Source: Octopus bimaculoides (Eukaryota). Taken from it: a DNA stretch of 64,000 nt. Positions 38,790 through 50,990 of this stretch are shown one piece after another. The position numbers and the translations under genes are program-made. The stretch is from positions 19,746,857-19,810,856 of the forward strand of contig NC_068987.1 in NCBI RefSeq assembly GCF_001194135.2. Reading direction: 5' to 3'. The notes under the pieces were generated by a model. That model searched no databases and had not been told where the DNA came from. It saw nothing but the letters and a program-made list of their open reading frames with translations. Numbering within the stretch: position 1 is the stretch's first letter; each line of letters begins with the position of its first letter.

Positions 38790-38875
38790 ACTTGTTTGTT
38801 CCTCCTCGAGCCATGCCTGGCTCATAAGGGCCAGTTTCCCGGTTTCAATGGCGTATAGGTTCTCCACCTGGACAG
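38790..38875 (-). mobile_element. SINE 3' fragment of another family
   Basis: cctcgagccatgcctggctcataagggccagtttcccgg...ccccacctggac-type motif, also partly seen at 31140. Confidence 0.55.
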
Positions 38876-39033
38876 GTCTTGTTTCAACCATGGCTGCCTC
38901 TACGTAATTAATTGTGTTGTTGCTTACTTTGTAAAACAGTAAGGGGAGAGGGTTGCTCGCACATCACCTTCTACCCACACTTTTCCCATCCACATCTTTA
39001 TCATATGGGGCCCTAACAAAATACGATAATAGG

Positions 39034-40005
39034 TGTAATACTTCGACCGTGCGAACCAAAGGAGATGGCGACGTGGACGATAAAGGCTCCTTTTTTACCA
39101 CGTCGCACGGTCGAACACAAAAACAAGATTATATATGATAGAAGGCTCATCGTGGGAGATACGAGAACCAAGTGCCAGAAGGAATTAGAGAGTGACAGAC
39201 ACAACCGTTATGATATATAATGAGAGTGAGTTTATTAACAAAGTGAAACTGTTTGTCTGTGTGCGCGTGCATGCAACATATAAATTTAACACAGTAGATA
39301 AATCAGGCCTTTGTGTACAATAGAAGGTATACAACAAATGTTAAGTGACGGACAGTCGTATAAGCAATAGTGTGTGTACAATATGTGAGAGTACAAGTGT
39401 GCGTGTGAATGAGAGGAAACACAGAACATAGAAAGAGTGTCTGTAACATAGACTGTAAAAAGTCTTAAAACACTGAGATAGAGAAATACCAGTTCGTATT
39501 AAAGTTACACAAGGAGATAGAATGTTCATACGCAGGAAGTTGTGGTCAAGGAGCAGAGCTGTAGTATCACACAATGTGTGTTGAGCGTCAAATGCTGCGA
39601 TCTGTGTTACCTGGTATAGTATATACTGGCTGGTTAGTTCTGACTGTTGTTCGTGAGTGGAAACAATCCACTCAACAGCGTCGATAAAACCTGGTTTGTT
39701 GATATTGGTGTGTCCCTGGTGGTGGGGTTGCTGGCGCACGACATTGTGGTACACAGTACATTGGTGGTGAAGACGTCGGCGCTGGAACTGGCTGTAGCTG
39801 TGTTCTGTAAAACTATCACGTGACTTATCCTAAGGCCACGATTGGACGTAATGCCCCCTTCGCAAGCAGAACATGGGGGCAATTGCCGCGCAAAATAAGA
39901 ACCAATCAGGATGATGGACAGAAATGTCCAAGGTAGCCGAAGGCTAGATATTAGCAGCTTCGTTATCATTTATGATTGAATGCCCGAGAGAGAGGTTTCA
40001 CTACA
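39034..40005 (-). mobile_element. Solo LTR (972 bp), Gypsy-like
   Basis: TG...CA termini (sense TGTAGTG...TATTACA); 4-bp TSD tagg at 39030-39033 and 40006-40009; CCAAT motifs (39841-39845, 39902-39906), TCACGTGA (39816-39823), sense AATAAA (39231-39236); CpG retained. Confidence 0.85.
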
Positions 40006-40214
40006 TAGGTATAGATGCAAATTTATCTAACTACTTGTCTCCTAAAATCAGGCATAACTTGGCGATCGGTCAACTTAAAACACTGTTCTTTGTCTTGAGT
40101 TTACTTGGTAGAGTGTGTTTTACCAATAGATCGGTTTTTAACACATTCATGACTGTTATGTTGGCCTTTGCGTCTAGGCATAATCTGAGAGCTGAACAGA
40201 TCTGCTCCATTGCC

Positions 40215-40514
40215 TGCATGGAAGATTGCAAATGAATTACACCATTTGAACCATGGCATCTGTTTAGAATTATTAACATGATATCAAGAAAAGGAGACCC
40301 CAAACTCACACACACACGCGCACATACACATGTTTACGTGCACATGTGTTTACCTGCACGTGTGTGTATGTGTGCGTGTGTGTGTATGTGTGCATGTGCG
40401 TGTATGTGCGCGTGTGTGTGTGAGTTTGGGGTCTCCTTTTCTTGATATCATGTTAATAATTCTAAACAGATGCCATGGTTCAAATGGTGTAATTCATTTG
40501 CAATCTTCCATGCA
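40215..40514. repeat. Perfect 115-bp inverted repeat around a (TG)-rich spacer
   Basis: 40215-40329 is the exact reverse complement of 40400-40514. Confidence 0.9.
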
Positions 40515-40942
40515 AACATATCCAGCTATTGTACTATTAATGTTGGAAGTACAAAGGTAAATATTAGATTGCTTGGAAAACAGTGTAGGTCAGTGATAGC
40601 AGGAACATCCAGGTTCAGTCGCTGAAAACATACTTCAATAAATTTCATCTAATTCATGCAAGCAAGGAAGAGTGGATATAAAAACAACAATATCATCATT
40701 GTCATTTTAACACTCATTTTTCCACACTTGCATAAGCTGGACAGAATTCTTTGACACAGATTTTCTTTGACCAGCGAACCCTCATCTATCACCAACATTC
40801 ACCCGTTTCTAAGTAAAGTAATATTTTCCCTATGGACAGACATGTTCACACAGAATACTGGAAATGAACGACACTGCTGGTATGACAGTGACACTCATTT
40901 ACGATTGTCACACACACACACACACCTACATACATAGATATA

Positions 40943-41160
40943 CAGTATCTCCTCACCATGTCACAGTTCATCTATCACGGGTTATTATCTAAGCTTACGT
41001 CGATTCCTATGTGGTGGTGTTTTGCACTTATAATAAAATAAATATATATAAATTATAAAAAAAAAAAAAATTCAGTACAGTACTATTTCTACTTCATGGA
41101 TTTTCACCTATCGTGGTGGGGTTTTGGAATGTAACACCCGCAATAGTCGAGGGATTACTG
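40943..41160. mobile_element. pogo/Tigger-type MITE
   Basis: ta|cagtatctcctc ... gagggattactg|ta: TIRs with TA TSD. Confidence 0.75.
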
Positions 41161-41304
41161 TATACAACAAGCTTCTTTCAGTTTCCATCTACCAAATCCA
41201 CTAAACCATAATAATTAGTTGGACAAACTATATTTTGCTGAATTAACAATTATGGATTAAATGTTTATATTACACACACACACACACCTATTAAGTAAGA
41301 ATCC

Positions 41305-41526
41305 TTATTCCATTCGCATTTAAACCAGCCATATCCAGTCCAAATATTCTATGTCTTACATTCAAACCAGCCAGATTTGACCTCTCACACCTACCCTACA
41401 ATATTCTAAAACTGCAACAGTTACATAACTGAACTCTCAAAGCTATGTGATAATGTATGATTAATTAAAAACAATGTGAATAAATAAGCTTTGCGTTTGA
41501 CAAAAATCTGAATGCTAAAGGGTTAA
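41305..41526. mobile_element. piggyBac-type MITE, second family
   Basis: gcatttaaaccagccatatcc...ctgaatgctaaagggttaa; copies at about 44115-44305 and 51156-51371. Confidence 0.7.
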
Positions 41527-42443
41527 AATGAAAGTAGACAGAAATTGTCCAACTGAATGTATACAGTTCTTGAGAAAACCAATGTTTGGTAGAAAGCTTG
41601 CACTGTTTCAGCTGCAAAACCTTTCAATATCATTCACATTACTAGAATCCATTCAGACAGACATGAGCACAAATTTTGCAAAGAAAAAAAAATTTCATTT
41701 GACTTACAAAGTAAGCCAAAATAGGTCATATTCTTTAGTATATGGATTTATAAGCTGCTTTTTCATTGGTTGATATAACAAAAGATTCCCCCAAGGTGCA
41801 CAGATTTGACTTTGGGGAACTGATGTTAATCAAATCTAGTCAGATTCTGCAAGCAGTATAAATTTTAGAGAATATTTTACAATTAAAAAGAAAAAAAAAA
41901 TTTTATAAATTTAATTTTATAAAATTTCTTTTAATAAAATAAAATGATTTCTTTTATTAAATTAAAAAAAATATTTATAAAATAAATAAAATCTATTAAA
42001 TTATATAACACATAAACATTGCTGTAGGCCAGATCCAACATGCAAGTCTCTGAGTAGTCACTCAGACCTGCTTAAAATAGCAGCCAAATCCCCCTACCAT
42101 CTTATAAAAGAGGAAATTACATAATCAAGTTGCACATATCCCTAAAAATATTGTAAGTCTGGTGGAACAAAGCTGAACTGAAATCAATCAACAGAATTCT
42201 TACAGCTATTAATTAAATAGGTGAAGATTCCTCATGATTTATTGGACGAAGTTAAATGCTTGCTATGTTGATGAGTTGGGCACAACTATTAACAGTGAAG
42301 CATTTCCAAATGCAAACTAAAATGATTTGTTGGACTCAGATACACCAAGAAGTCAATGATATAGATACAGCAGCTGTCACCATGAAAATCCTATTAATTG
42401 CAATATTAGTGACATCATACACAGATGTGAATATAATTTTAAA

Positions 42444-42890
42444 GGCATGGCAGCATGGTTAACAAGCTTGCTTCCCAACCATGTGGTTTTGGGTTCAGTC
42501 CCACAGGGCATCATCTTGGGCAAGTGTTTTTTTTTTCATAATAGCCCTTGGCCAAGCAAAGCTTTGTGAATGGATTTGATAGATGGAAATTGAAAGAAAC
42601 CCATTATTTATTTACATGTATATCTACATCTTCATATATGTATGTATGAAGATATGTGTAGCCTTGCCTTAACATCACATAATGGTCATAAACAAGCAGC
42701 ACCATTATAGAAGTGGTGTTGTTGGTTTCCAATTTTCTATGAACATGTCTGGCTAAAGAGAAATATTACCTTACATGGAAACAGATGAGGGTTGGCAGCA
42801 AGAAGGCCATTGGGCTGTAAAAAATCTGCCTCAAATTCTGCCCAACCCATGTGAAAATACAAAGTGGATGTTACAGTAATGATGGTGATT
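42444..42890 (+). mobile_element. SINE with family A head and family E-like 3' region
   Basis: A head to gaaagaaaccc, microsatellite, then gggttggcagcaagaaggccattgggctgtaaaaaatctgcc...ccaacccatg. Confidence 0.7.
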
Positions 42891-43071
42891 TGCCTACATC
42901 AAGCCATCATGCCCATGTTAACATTTAATTCTGTAAAATAATTTTTGTTACTGGTTTCTGGTTCAGTCCAGTGCTATAGCACTGCTTTCTCAGTTGTAGT
43001 TGAATATATTCACCCCAGTACTTACTGTACCAATTTCAAAAGGATGAAAGAAAGTCTACATTAAATTTTAA

Positions 43072-43117
<46 letters not shown>

Positions 43118-43650
43118 CAAACTGAAAGGGCACAAAATGAAAAACAAACCAATAAAAATAATTTTTCAATTTGGCCATCATCAAGTTTTAAAGGTGGCAA
43201 GTAGAATTACACATCCTACCACAGATACAAAAGGGAAGAAGTAGGAAAGAGTTGGATATCCTATCATACCCACCCAATCATCCTTTCTGCTTTATGCAGG
43301 TCTGAAACAGACGTTTAGGAGCAGAGATAGTGATAGGAGAAGGGAGATATGGAATATCAGGATATTTATGATATTTCACAAATGAATCAGCAGTAGTAAA
43401 ATGGTTTTAACAGAAACCAAGACCAATTCCAGCACTTGATTCAAGACCATAATTTATAACACCTGCAAAATAAAAATTTCTTGAGATTAGCCATAGCAAG
43501 ACTAAATTTCTGTAGAAGTGGTGGGCATATTTAAATTAAATTAATTCCAATATATTGAATGGTACAAAAGCCTGGACTCCAGGCAGTTCATAATGGGAAG
43601 AAGGTTTAATATGGAATAAAACTTAATCACCAGTGATTGAATTATATAGG

Positions 43651-44000
43651 CACAGGTATGGCTTTATGTTTAAGAAGTTTGCATCACAACCATGTAGTAG
43701 TTTGGGGCTCAGTCCTATTGTGAAACACAAGGGGCAAGTGCCTTGTCCTATGACACCAAACTAACCAGTGACTTGAGAGTAAATCTGATAGGCAAAAAGT
43801 GTCTGGAAGCCCATCGTGTGTGTGTGTGTGTGTGTGTGTGTGCACGCATACAGGACTGTTTGTTGTTACTTCCTCCACGTAGTTTGACTTAGTGATTTGG
43901 CAACAAAGAGACTGATCGAGTAAATACTAAACTCAAAAAAAGTACTGGGTTTGATTTGGTAAACTAAACTTTTCAGAGCGATGCTTCAGCATGGTCAGGA
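43651..44000 (+). mobile_element. SINE family A, decayed
   Basis: Head, internal (TG)n and 3' motifs. Confidence 0.7.
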
Positions 44001-45097
44001 GTGAAGGATAGAAAGAAGCAAAAGGCTAAAAGCAAGAATGGTTAAGTTATATTTAAATCAATGTGTCACCTCAGTATCCTCAATATGTGTTCAAACTGAT
44101 GCTCATCTACATTTAATCCTTTAGCTTTTAAACCGACCATATCTCCAGCCCAACGTTTTCTACCTATTTTATATTTAAACTGGCCAGATTTATAAGAATA
44201 AGCAATCACATCATTGAAATCTTAATGCTACATAATACATGATAAATTCAAAGCAATGCAATAAATAAGCATTACATTTAACAGTAAGCTGAACACTAAG
44301 GGGTCAAACACACTTATCCTCCATACACACATGACCTAAGTGTCCAAAACTTCTGCACCATCCTGTATCAAATGTAATCATTGTAATGAACTTTCTGAAA
44401 GAAATACAAACACACAAAGAACAAAATGAAAACGTTATGGCATTACATGGCCACAAAATTTAAGAAAGGTCTAGTGTACAGCTGAGTTAACTGTCCCTAA
44501 GATTTTTTTTGATTGGTACTTACTTGAGAGGTGAAGGCAAACACCGAAAGTGATAGTATTTGAAAAAACACAGAGGAAGAACGATGAAAGTGAATGCTGT
44601 TAGCTACCAACTTTTCTACTACTCCACCACCTAGTAATAAAATAACAACGCAAACCCAATCGATCTTTTATAATTTGTGTCATCTCGATATAATGCTTGT
44701 CAAAATTGATTTTCTATTATTTTTTTTTTTTGCTTTATGTATTTTTATTTTTGCTCCAGTTCATCATTGAATGCGGTGTCAAATAGTGTTTATTTAATAT
44801 TCATCAGAAGAAAAGCTGGGTGTAGAAGAAGCTAAAAGACAGCTGGAGTGAGCCAGGAAGAAGAAGAAACCTCCTCACACTGTCTGTCTGCTGTAGTGAC
44901 ATCTCACAGCTTCCAGGATCAAATGAAATGGGTGGAGAAGATATGATTATTCAACTAGTCACCGATAGTTGCTCCAGTTTCAATATGAAAATTTAATTTT
45001 CATTCTGACAAGTGATTCTCAGTCTGTTGAACATCCAGCCAACAACAATAACAGTGAAAAAGCAACAATAACTATAGCTACAAGGGAACCTCTATGC

Positions 45098-45556
45098 CAG
45101 GGGTTTTCAAACTGTGGTCCCCGGACAAAACAGGGGGTCCATGGACAGCAAATACTTTTTATGGGCAATTTGATTTTATATATGTTTTTTAATCGAAATC
45201 TTTTAATTGACAATAAACCTATTTGTTAAATACTGTTAAATAAATAAATGTAAAAATATGTTATTTTAAGCAAATATTTATGCATAAANNNNNNNNNNTG
45301 GTCCCCGGACAAAACAGGGGGTCCATGGACAGCAAATACTTTTTATGGGCAATTTGATTTTATATATGTTTTTTAATCGAAATCTTTTAATTGACAATAA
45401 ACCTATTTGTTAAATACTGTTAAATAAATAAATGTAAAAATATGTTATTTTAAGCAAATATTTATGCATAAATTTCATAAGCGCTTATAAGGGGATCCCT
45501 AAGGTAAAGCCTGAAATATAAAGGGGTCCGCAAGTCAAAAAGTTTGAAAACCCCTG
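45098..45556. mobile_element. hAT MITE (length inflated by an assembly duplication)
   Basis: Perfect 16-bp TIRs caggggttttcaaact / agtttgaaaacccctg; perfect TSD ctctatgc at 45090-45097 and 45557-45564. Confidence 0.95.
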
Positions 45557-46119
45557 CTCTATGCAGTTGCTAGCCTTCAAGAAATAGCAGCCAAATCATA
45601 CGCTACCATCTTGAAAAAACAAAAACAAAAAAAAGTTAACATTGAACAATATAATCATTATCATTTTAACATCTGCTTTTCTAGATTTACATGGACCAGA
45701 CAAGAATATAATGAAGTAGAGTTTTCTATGGCCAGATGCTCTTCCTCCTGCCAACCTCCACCAGCATCCAAGTGAAGTAACAATCTGCCAGTCTATCGAA
45801 TGACAGACATTTCAGACATGGTTATGTGGAAAACTGGAAACAATTTACACCAGCTGAATGAGACTTTTGTTTACAAAAGGTCAAGCAGTGTATCAAGGTA
45901 GGTCAAGAAATTAGGATATGCTTTTGCTGTGGATTGCAAGCAAACAACACTGCCTACATGATGTGAGACTGTGTTTACTACTAATGAAGACATGAAAAAA
46001 TGAGGGGAAATACAAAAATCACTCAAATGAATGCAGTCATAATACATACGACTGAAGAAGCTTGACATAATCCTCTGACCCATCAGATCCTGTCAAACCA
46101 CCCAACCCATACCAGAATG

Positions 46120-46340
46120 GTTGTTGTTGTTGGCACTCCGTCGCTTACGACGACGAGGGTTCCAGTTGATCCGATCAACGGAACAGCCTGCTCGTGAAAT
46201 TAACGTGCAAGTGGCTGAGCACTCCACAGACGCGCGTACCCTTAACGTAGTTCTCGGGGATATTCAGCGAGACACAGTGTGACAAGGCTGGCCCCTTTGA
46301 ATTACAGGCAAAACAGAAACAGGAAGTAAGAGTGAGAGAA
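46120..46340 (-). mobile_element. SINE family C 3' half, cut by gap
   Basis: Closely matches 36591-36810. Confidence 0.9.
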
Positions 46341-46864
46341 NNNNNNNNNNNNNNNNNNNNNNNNNNNNNNNNNNNNNNNNNNNNNNNNNNNNNNNNNNNN
46401 NNNNNNNNNNNNNNNNNNNNNNNNNNNNNNNNNNNNNNNNNNNNNNNNNNNNNNNNNNNNNNNNNNNNNNNNNNNNNNNNNNNNNNNNNNNNNNNNNNNN
46501 NNNNNNNNNNNNNNNNNNNNNNNNNNNNNNNNNNNNNNNNNNNNNNNNNNNNNNNNNNNNNNNNNNNNNNNNNNNNNNNNNNNNNNNNNNNNNNNNNNNN
46601 NNNNNNNNNNNNNNNNNNNNNNNNNNNNNNNNNNNNNNNNNNNNNNNNNNNNNNNNNNNNNNNNNNNNNNNNNNNNNNNNNNNNNNNNNNNNNNNNNNNN
46701 NNNNNNNNNNNNNNNNNNNNNNNNNNNNNNNNNNNNNNNNNNNNNNNNNNNNNNNNNNNNNNNNNNNNNNNNNNNNNNNNNNNNNNNNNNNNNNNNNNNN
46801 NNNNNNNNNNNNNNNNNNNNNNNNNNNNNNNNNNNNNNNNNNNNNNNNNNNNNNNNNNNNNNNN

Positions 46865-47142
46865 ACTTATCTTATTGGTCTCTCTTGCCAAACCACTAGA
46901 TAATGGGGACATAAACACACTAGCACCAATTGTCAAGTGTTTAATGCGGGAGGGGAGCAAACAGACACATACACACACACACACACACCTGGTGGGCTTC
47001 TTTCAGTTTCCATCTACCAAATCCACTTGCAAGGCTTTGGTCGGCCTGAGACTATAGTAGAAGACACTTTCCCAAGGTGCCGCACAGTAGGACTGAACCC
47101 TGAACCATGTGGCTGGTAAGCAAGTTTCTTACCACACAGCCA
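46865..47142 (-). mobile_element. SINE family A 5' two-thirds
   Basis: Family-A motifs. Confidence 0.85.
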
Positions 47143-47536
47143 GATACATACAGTGACCATCTTTCAGTTTGTGTTAACCCAAATTCACTTACGCAAAAAG
47201 ACAATTGTCATGACTGCAATATCTGAACCACAGCTCTACTCAATTTAGGCAGACATGGGGCTTCACAACAACAGCTAAAGCTTGTGTGTAATGGCTAAGC
47301 TTTGCATGCCTTCATTATATATAACAAGCGAAGACGGAGTTGCTGGTATCACATTTATTCCACGGTTAACAGTTGATTCAACAACATATGGGCAAAAATA
47401 TCATTTCCCAAGTTGGTAAACATGGTATTCACAGGAGTGCTGGCAAAGGTAACTTTGTGGATTTTTGGACCATCTTTCATTTTCTATATCATCTTCATCA
47501 TTTAATGTCCATTTTTCATGCTGGCATAGACTAGAC

Positions 47537-47810
47537 CAGTGGTTCCCAAAGTGGGTGGTATACCCACCACCTGGGGGCAGTGGAAAGTCCCAAGGGGCAG
47601 TGAAGAAAAGTGGGGCGATAAAGGGGTAGTGATTCATGTAAAAAGCAAAATAATGGGTTCATTAGGTTAAGTTTTATTTGTGAAATACAGTTGCTTTGAA
47701 TTTGCTTCAGAAAGAGGTCTATGCTTGTGATGGTTAGTTGGGATGGGGGCGCAAGGAATATAGTCTAGGTGTCAAGGGGGCAGCAACCCAAAGAAATTTG
47801 GGATTCACTG
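47537..47810. mobile_element. hAT MITE inserted in a family E SINE
   Basis: TIRs cagtggttcccaaa / tttgggattcactg; perfect TSD gactagac at 47529-47536 and 47811-47818. Confidence 0.9.
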
Positions 47811-48717
47811 GACTAGACAGTTTGACAGGAGCTGGTAAGCCAGAGGGCTGCACCAGGCTCCAGTCATCCATTTTGGCTTGGTTTCTATGGCTTGATGCCC
47901 TTCCTAATGCCAACCATTTTACAGAGTGTACTGGGTGTCACCAGCATGGACTATGACCACGATTTCACTTAGCTTGACGTGTCTTCTCAAGCACAGCAAA
48001 TTGCCAGAAGTCTTGGTTGCTTGTCATTGCCTCTGTTAGGCTCAACAACCACAGAATATTTCACCACCTCATCCTACATCTTCCTAGGTCTATCTTTTCC
48101 ACAGGTTCCCTCCACAATAAGACACCAGCAGTTCTTTATGCAGCTGCTCTATATATTAGGGTAACGGTTGGCAGAATTGATAGGGCACTGAATAAGATGC
48201 TTTGTGGTGGTTGCTTACATATCCTATATCCTACCGAGATCAATTTTTCCCCGTCTTCCCTACCAGGAGAGACAAAATAATAATGGCCGTCTCTCTCACT
48301 CTCTCTCCCTCATGAACACACACAACACAGATTATCAGTATGTGCAGCAGAACCATAAGATGCAAAGATGCATCAAGCAAAAAGTCATGACACTAACATT
48401 TCTGCAAGGATAGTCAGTAATAATTACCACGACCACTATCGTTACTACCACCACCACCACCACCACCACAATAACAACCACCACCACTACCATAACCTCC
48501 GCCTCCACAACAACTGCAGCTGTCGCCTTTGCCTGCACCCTGTAATAAATGTAATGTACTGCATTTCATTCTTATTGCTGCACAGAGAGCAGAAACTGTT
48601 GTTAACGGCAACCATCAATGAATGGCCTCATCAGCAGCAGCTTCAACATAAATAACAATGCTTTCTGTTTAAGGAAAAAGGCTAACAACATTAAAATGGT
48701 AGAATTAATCAAAACTA

Positions 48718-49790
48718 TTAACCCCAGTACTAGTACTTCATTTTATTAACACTGGAAGGACGAAAGGCTTGACTTAGGCAGGATTTGAACACACAATGTA
48801 AACAAACAAATACTGCAAGGTATTACTTCTGTTACTCTAATGATTCAGCCAGCTTACAGCTTTAATAATAATAAAAATGGTTTCAGAATTTCGCACAAGG
48901 AGAGCAGTTTTAGAGGAGAGATAAGCTGGTTACATCAAACCCCAGTGCTCGACTCGTGCTTATCTTAATGATCCTGAAATGATGAAAGGTAAAGACAGTA
49001 TTGGTGGAATTTGAACTCAGGACATAAAAAACAGACAAAATGCTGCTAAGTATTTTGTCCAGTATGCTAACAATTCTGCCAGCTCACATCCTTAATAATA
49101 ATAATAATGATTTCGAAATTTGACTTAAGGCCAGCAATTTTCAAGGGAATGGGTAAGTCATATACATTGTACCAGTGTTCAACTGGTACTTATTTTATCA
49201 TTCCCAACAGATGAAAGGCAAAGTCAACCTTGGTAGAATTTGAACTAAGAATGTGAAAAAAAAAGAGGAAATGCTACTAAGCATATTGCTTGGTGTACTA
49301 ATGATTCTGCCAGCTTGCAGATTAAATAACCCTTTCTACTGGAAGCACAAGGCCTCAAATTTGGGAAATTGGAGGAAGGGATTAAGTAGATTACATCGAC
49401 CCCAGTACCTAACAGGTACTTATTTAATTAACCCCATAAGGATGAAAGGCAAAGTCGACCTCAGCGGTATTTGAACTCAGAACATAGCAGCAGACAAAAT
49501 ACCGCCAAGCATTTCGTCCCACGTGTTAATGGTTCTGCCAGCCCAACGCCTTTGCTTGCAGCTTAAATAATAATAGTTTTTGAAATTTGGCAGAAGGTCA
49601 GCAATTTTCGAGGGAGTCGGTAAGTTGATCACATCATGCCAGTGGTCCACTTGTGCTTATTTTACAGACCCTGAATGGATGAAATGCAAAGCCGACCTCA
49701 ACAGCATTTGAACTCAAAATGTAAAAAGTTGGAAGAAATGCCACTAAGCACTTTGCCTGATGTGTTAATTCTGCCAGCTCACTGCTTTTG
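48718..49790 (-). mobile_element. Five head-to-tail SINE family B copies
   Basis: Five gatgaaagg / tttgaactc / ctgccagc cassettes separated by aat-rich spacers. Confidence 0.85.
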
Positions 49791-50605
49791 CTTTCATAAT
49801 AATCATGATGATCTTTATATAATAACAGCCACTGGTTGGTTGGTTGATTCATCCAGCCAAGCTTAACACCATATATAGAAATGAGGGACAGAATGACAGA
49901 TAGAGACAGAGATGTGGGATGATAGCACATACTAGGATAGGTGACAGTCAATGAGTAAATGAACAGTCACACACACACACACAGTGAAAGAGATAAACTC
50001 AGAGACACACAGAGAAGATCTCAGAACATATAGACAATAAGTGAAGCTATGAGGCATTTTGTCTGATACTCTAACAATTCTGCCAATCCATGACCCAAAT
50101 ATTTTCTAGTAATAGGTACAGGGCCACAGATCTGAGGGGAGGGGTTTGTAAAAATAATTGTTTTATTTGTCATATGTATGTACGTTTATACAAACACACA
50201 CATTATTTACACACACTAATATTTGTCAGTATTCTAGTCAGGAAACAGATCATTGAATTTCAGAACAATTTTTAAGAAATTTGGCCAAAACTGAAGCAGT
50301 AATCACATTTGAAAACATGCCCTAGTTGCTAGAATATTTTTGAATAGGCAAATTTTTCAAAAAATTCACAGTGGTGTAGAGTACTACTTCAAAAAGAGAT
50401 ATGGAGCACAGAGAGAGAGATAGAGAATTCAAGGTCAATCTATGCCAAGTGATTTCACAGGGTACTTTAGCTCCATTACTATAGCAACAGTTGATACACT
50501 TTGATCAGACATCATATATAGGAAACAGTGAATAAAACATTCACTGGTATTGCAGAAGCTTGTTGGGCTGTAAAAAAAAAACTGTGTATGCAAATGAAAC
50601 AGCAT

Positions 50606-50942
50606 TACTCTTTTACTTGTTTCAGTCATTTGACTGTGGCCATGCTGGAGCACCACCTGTAGTCGAGCAAAACAACCCCAGGACTTATTCTTTGGAAGCC
50701 TAGTACTTATTCTATCAGTCTTTTTTGCCAAACTGCTAAGTTATGGGGACATAAACACACCAGCATCGGTTGTCAAGCGATGTTGGGGGGACAAACACAG
50801 ACACAAACACACACACATATATATATACATATATATATACATATATATACATATATATATACATATATATATACACACATATATACATATATATATACAC
50901 ACATATATATATACATATATATATACATATATATATATATAC

Positions 50943-50990
<48 letters not shown>

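Noticed and set aside
39341-39969. 111-aa and 137-aa overlapping ORFs inside the solo LTR
   Set aside because: No gag/pol/env motifs; expected by chance in higher-GC sequence.
43300-43390. Strong plus-strand acceptor followed by GLKQTFRSRDSDRRREIW...
   Set aside because: Stop after 28 codons, no donor and no homology recognised.
45115-45472. Exact 174-bp tandem duplication inside the hAT MITE
   Set aside because: The copies sit either side of a 10-N gap, a typical unmerged contig overlap; same for 60870-61190.
48718-49790. Regularly spaced repeats suggestive of a CRISPR-like array (also 25917-26338)
   Set aside because: Eukaryotic context; the units are divergent SINE copies or minisatellite units, with no constant repeat/unique spacer structure and no cas genes.
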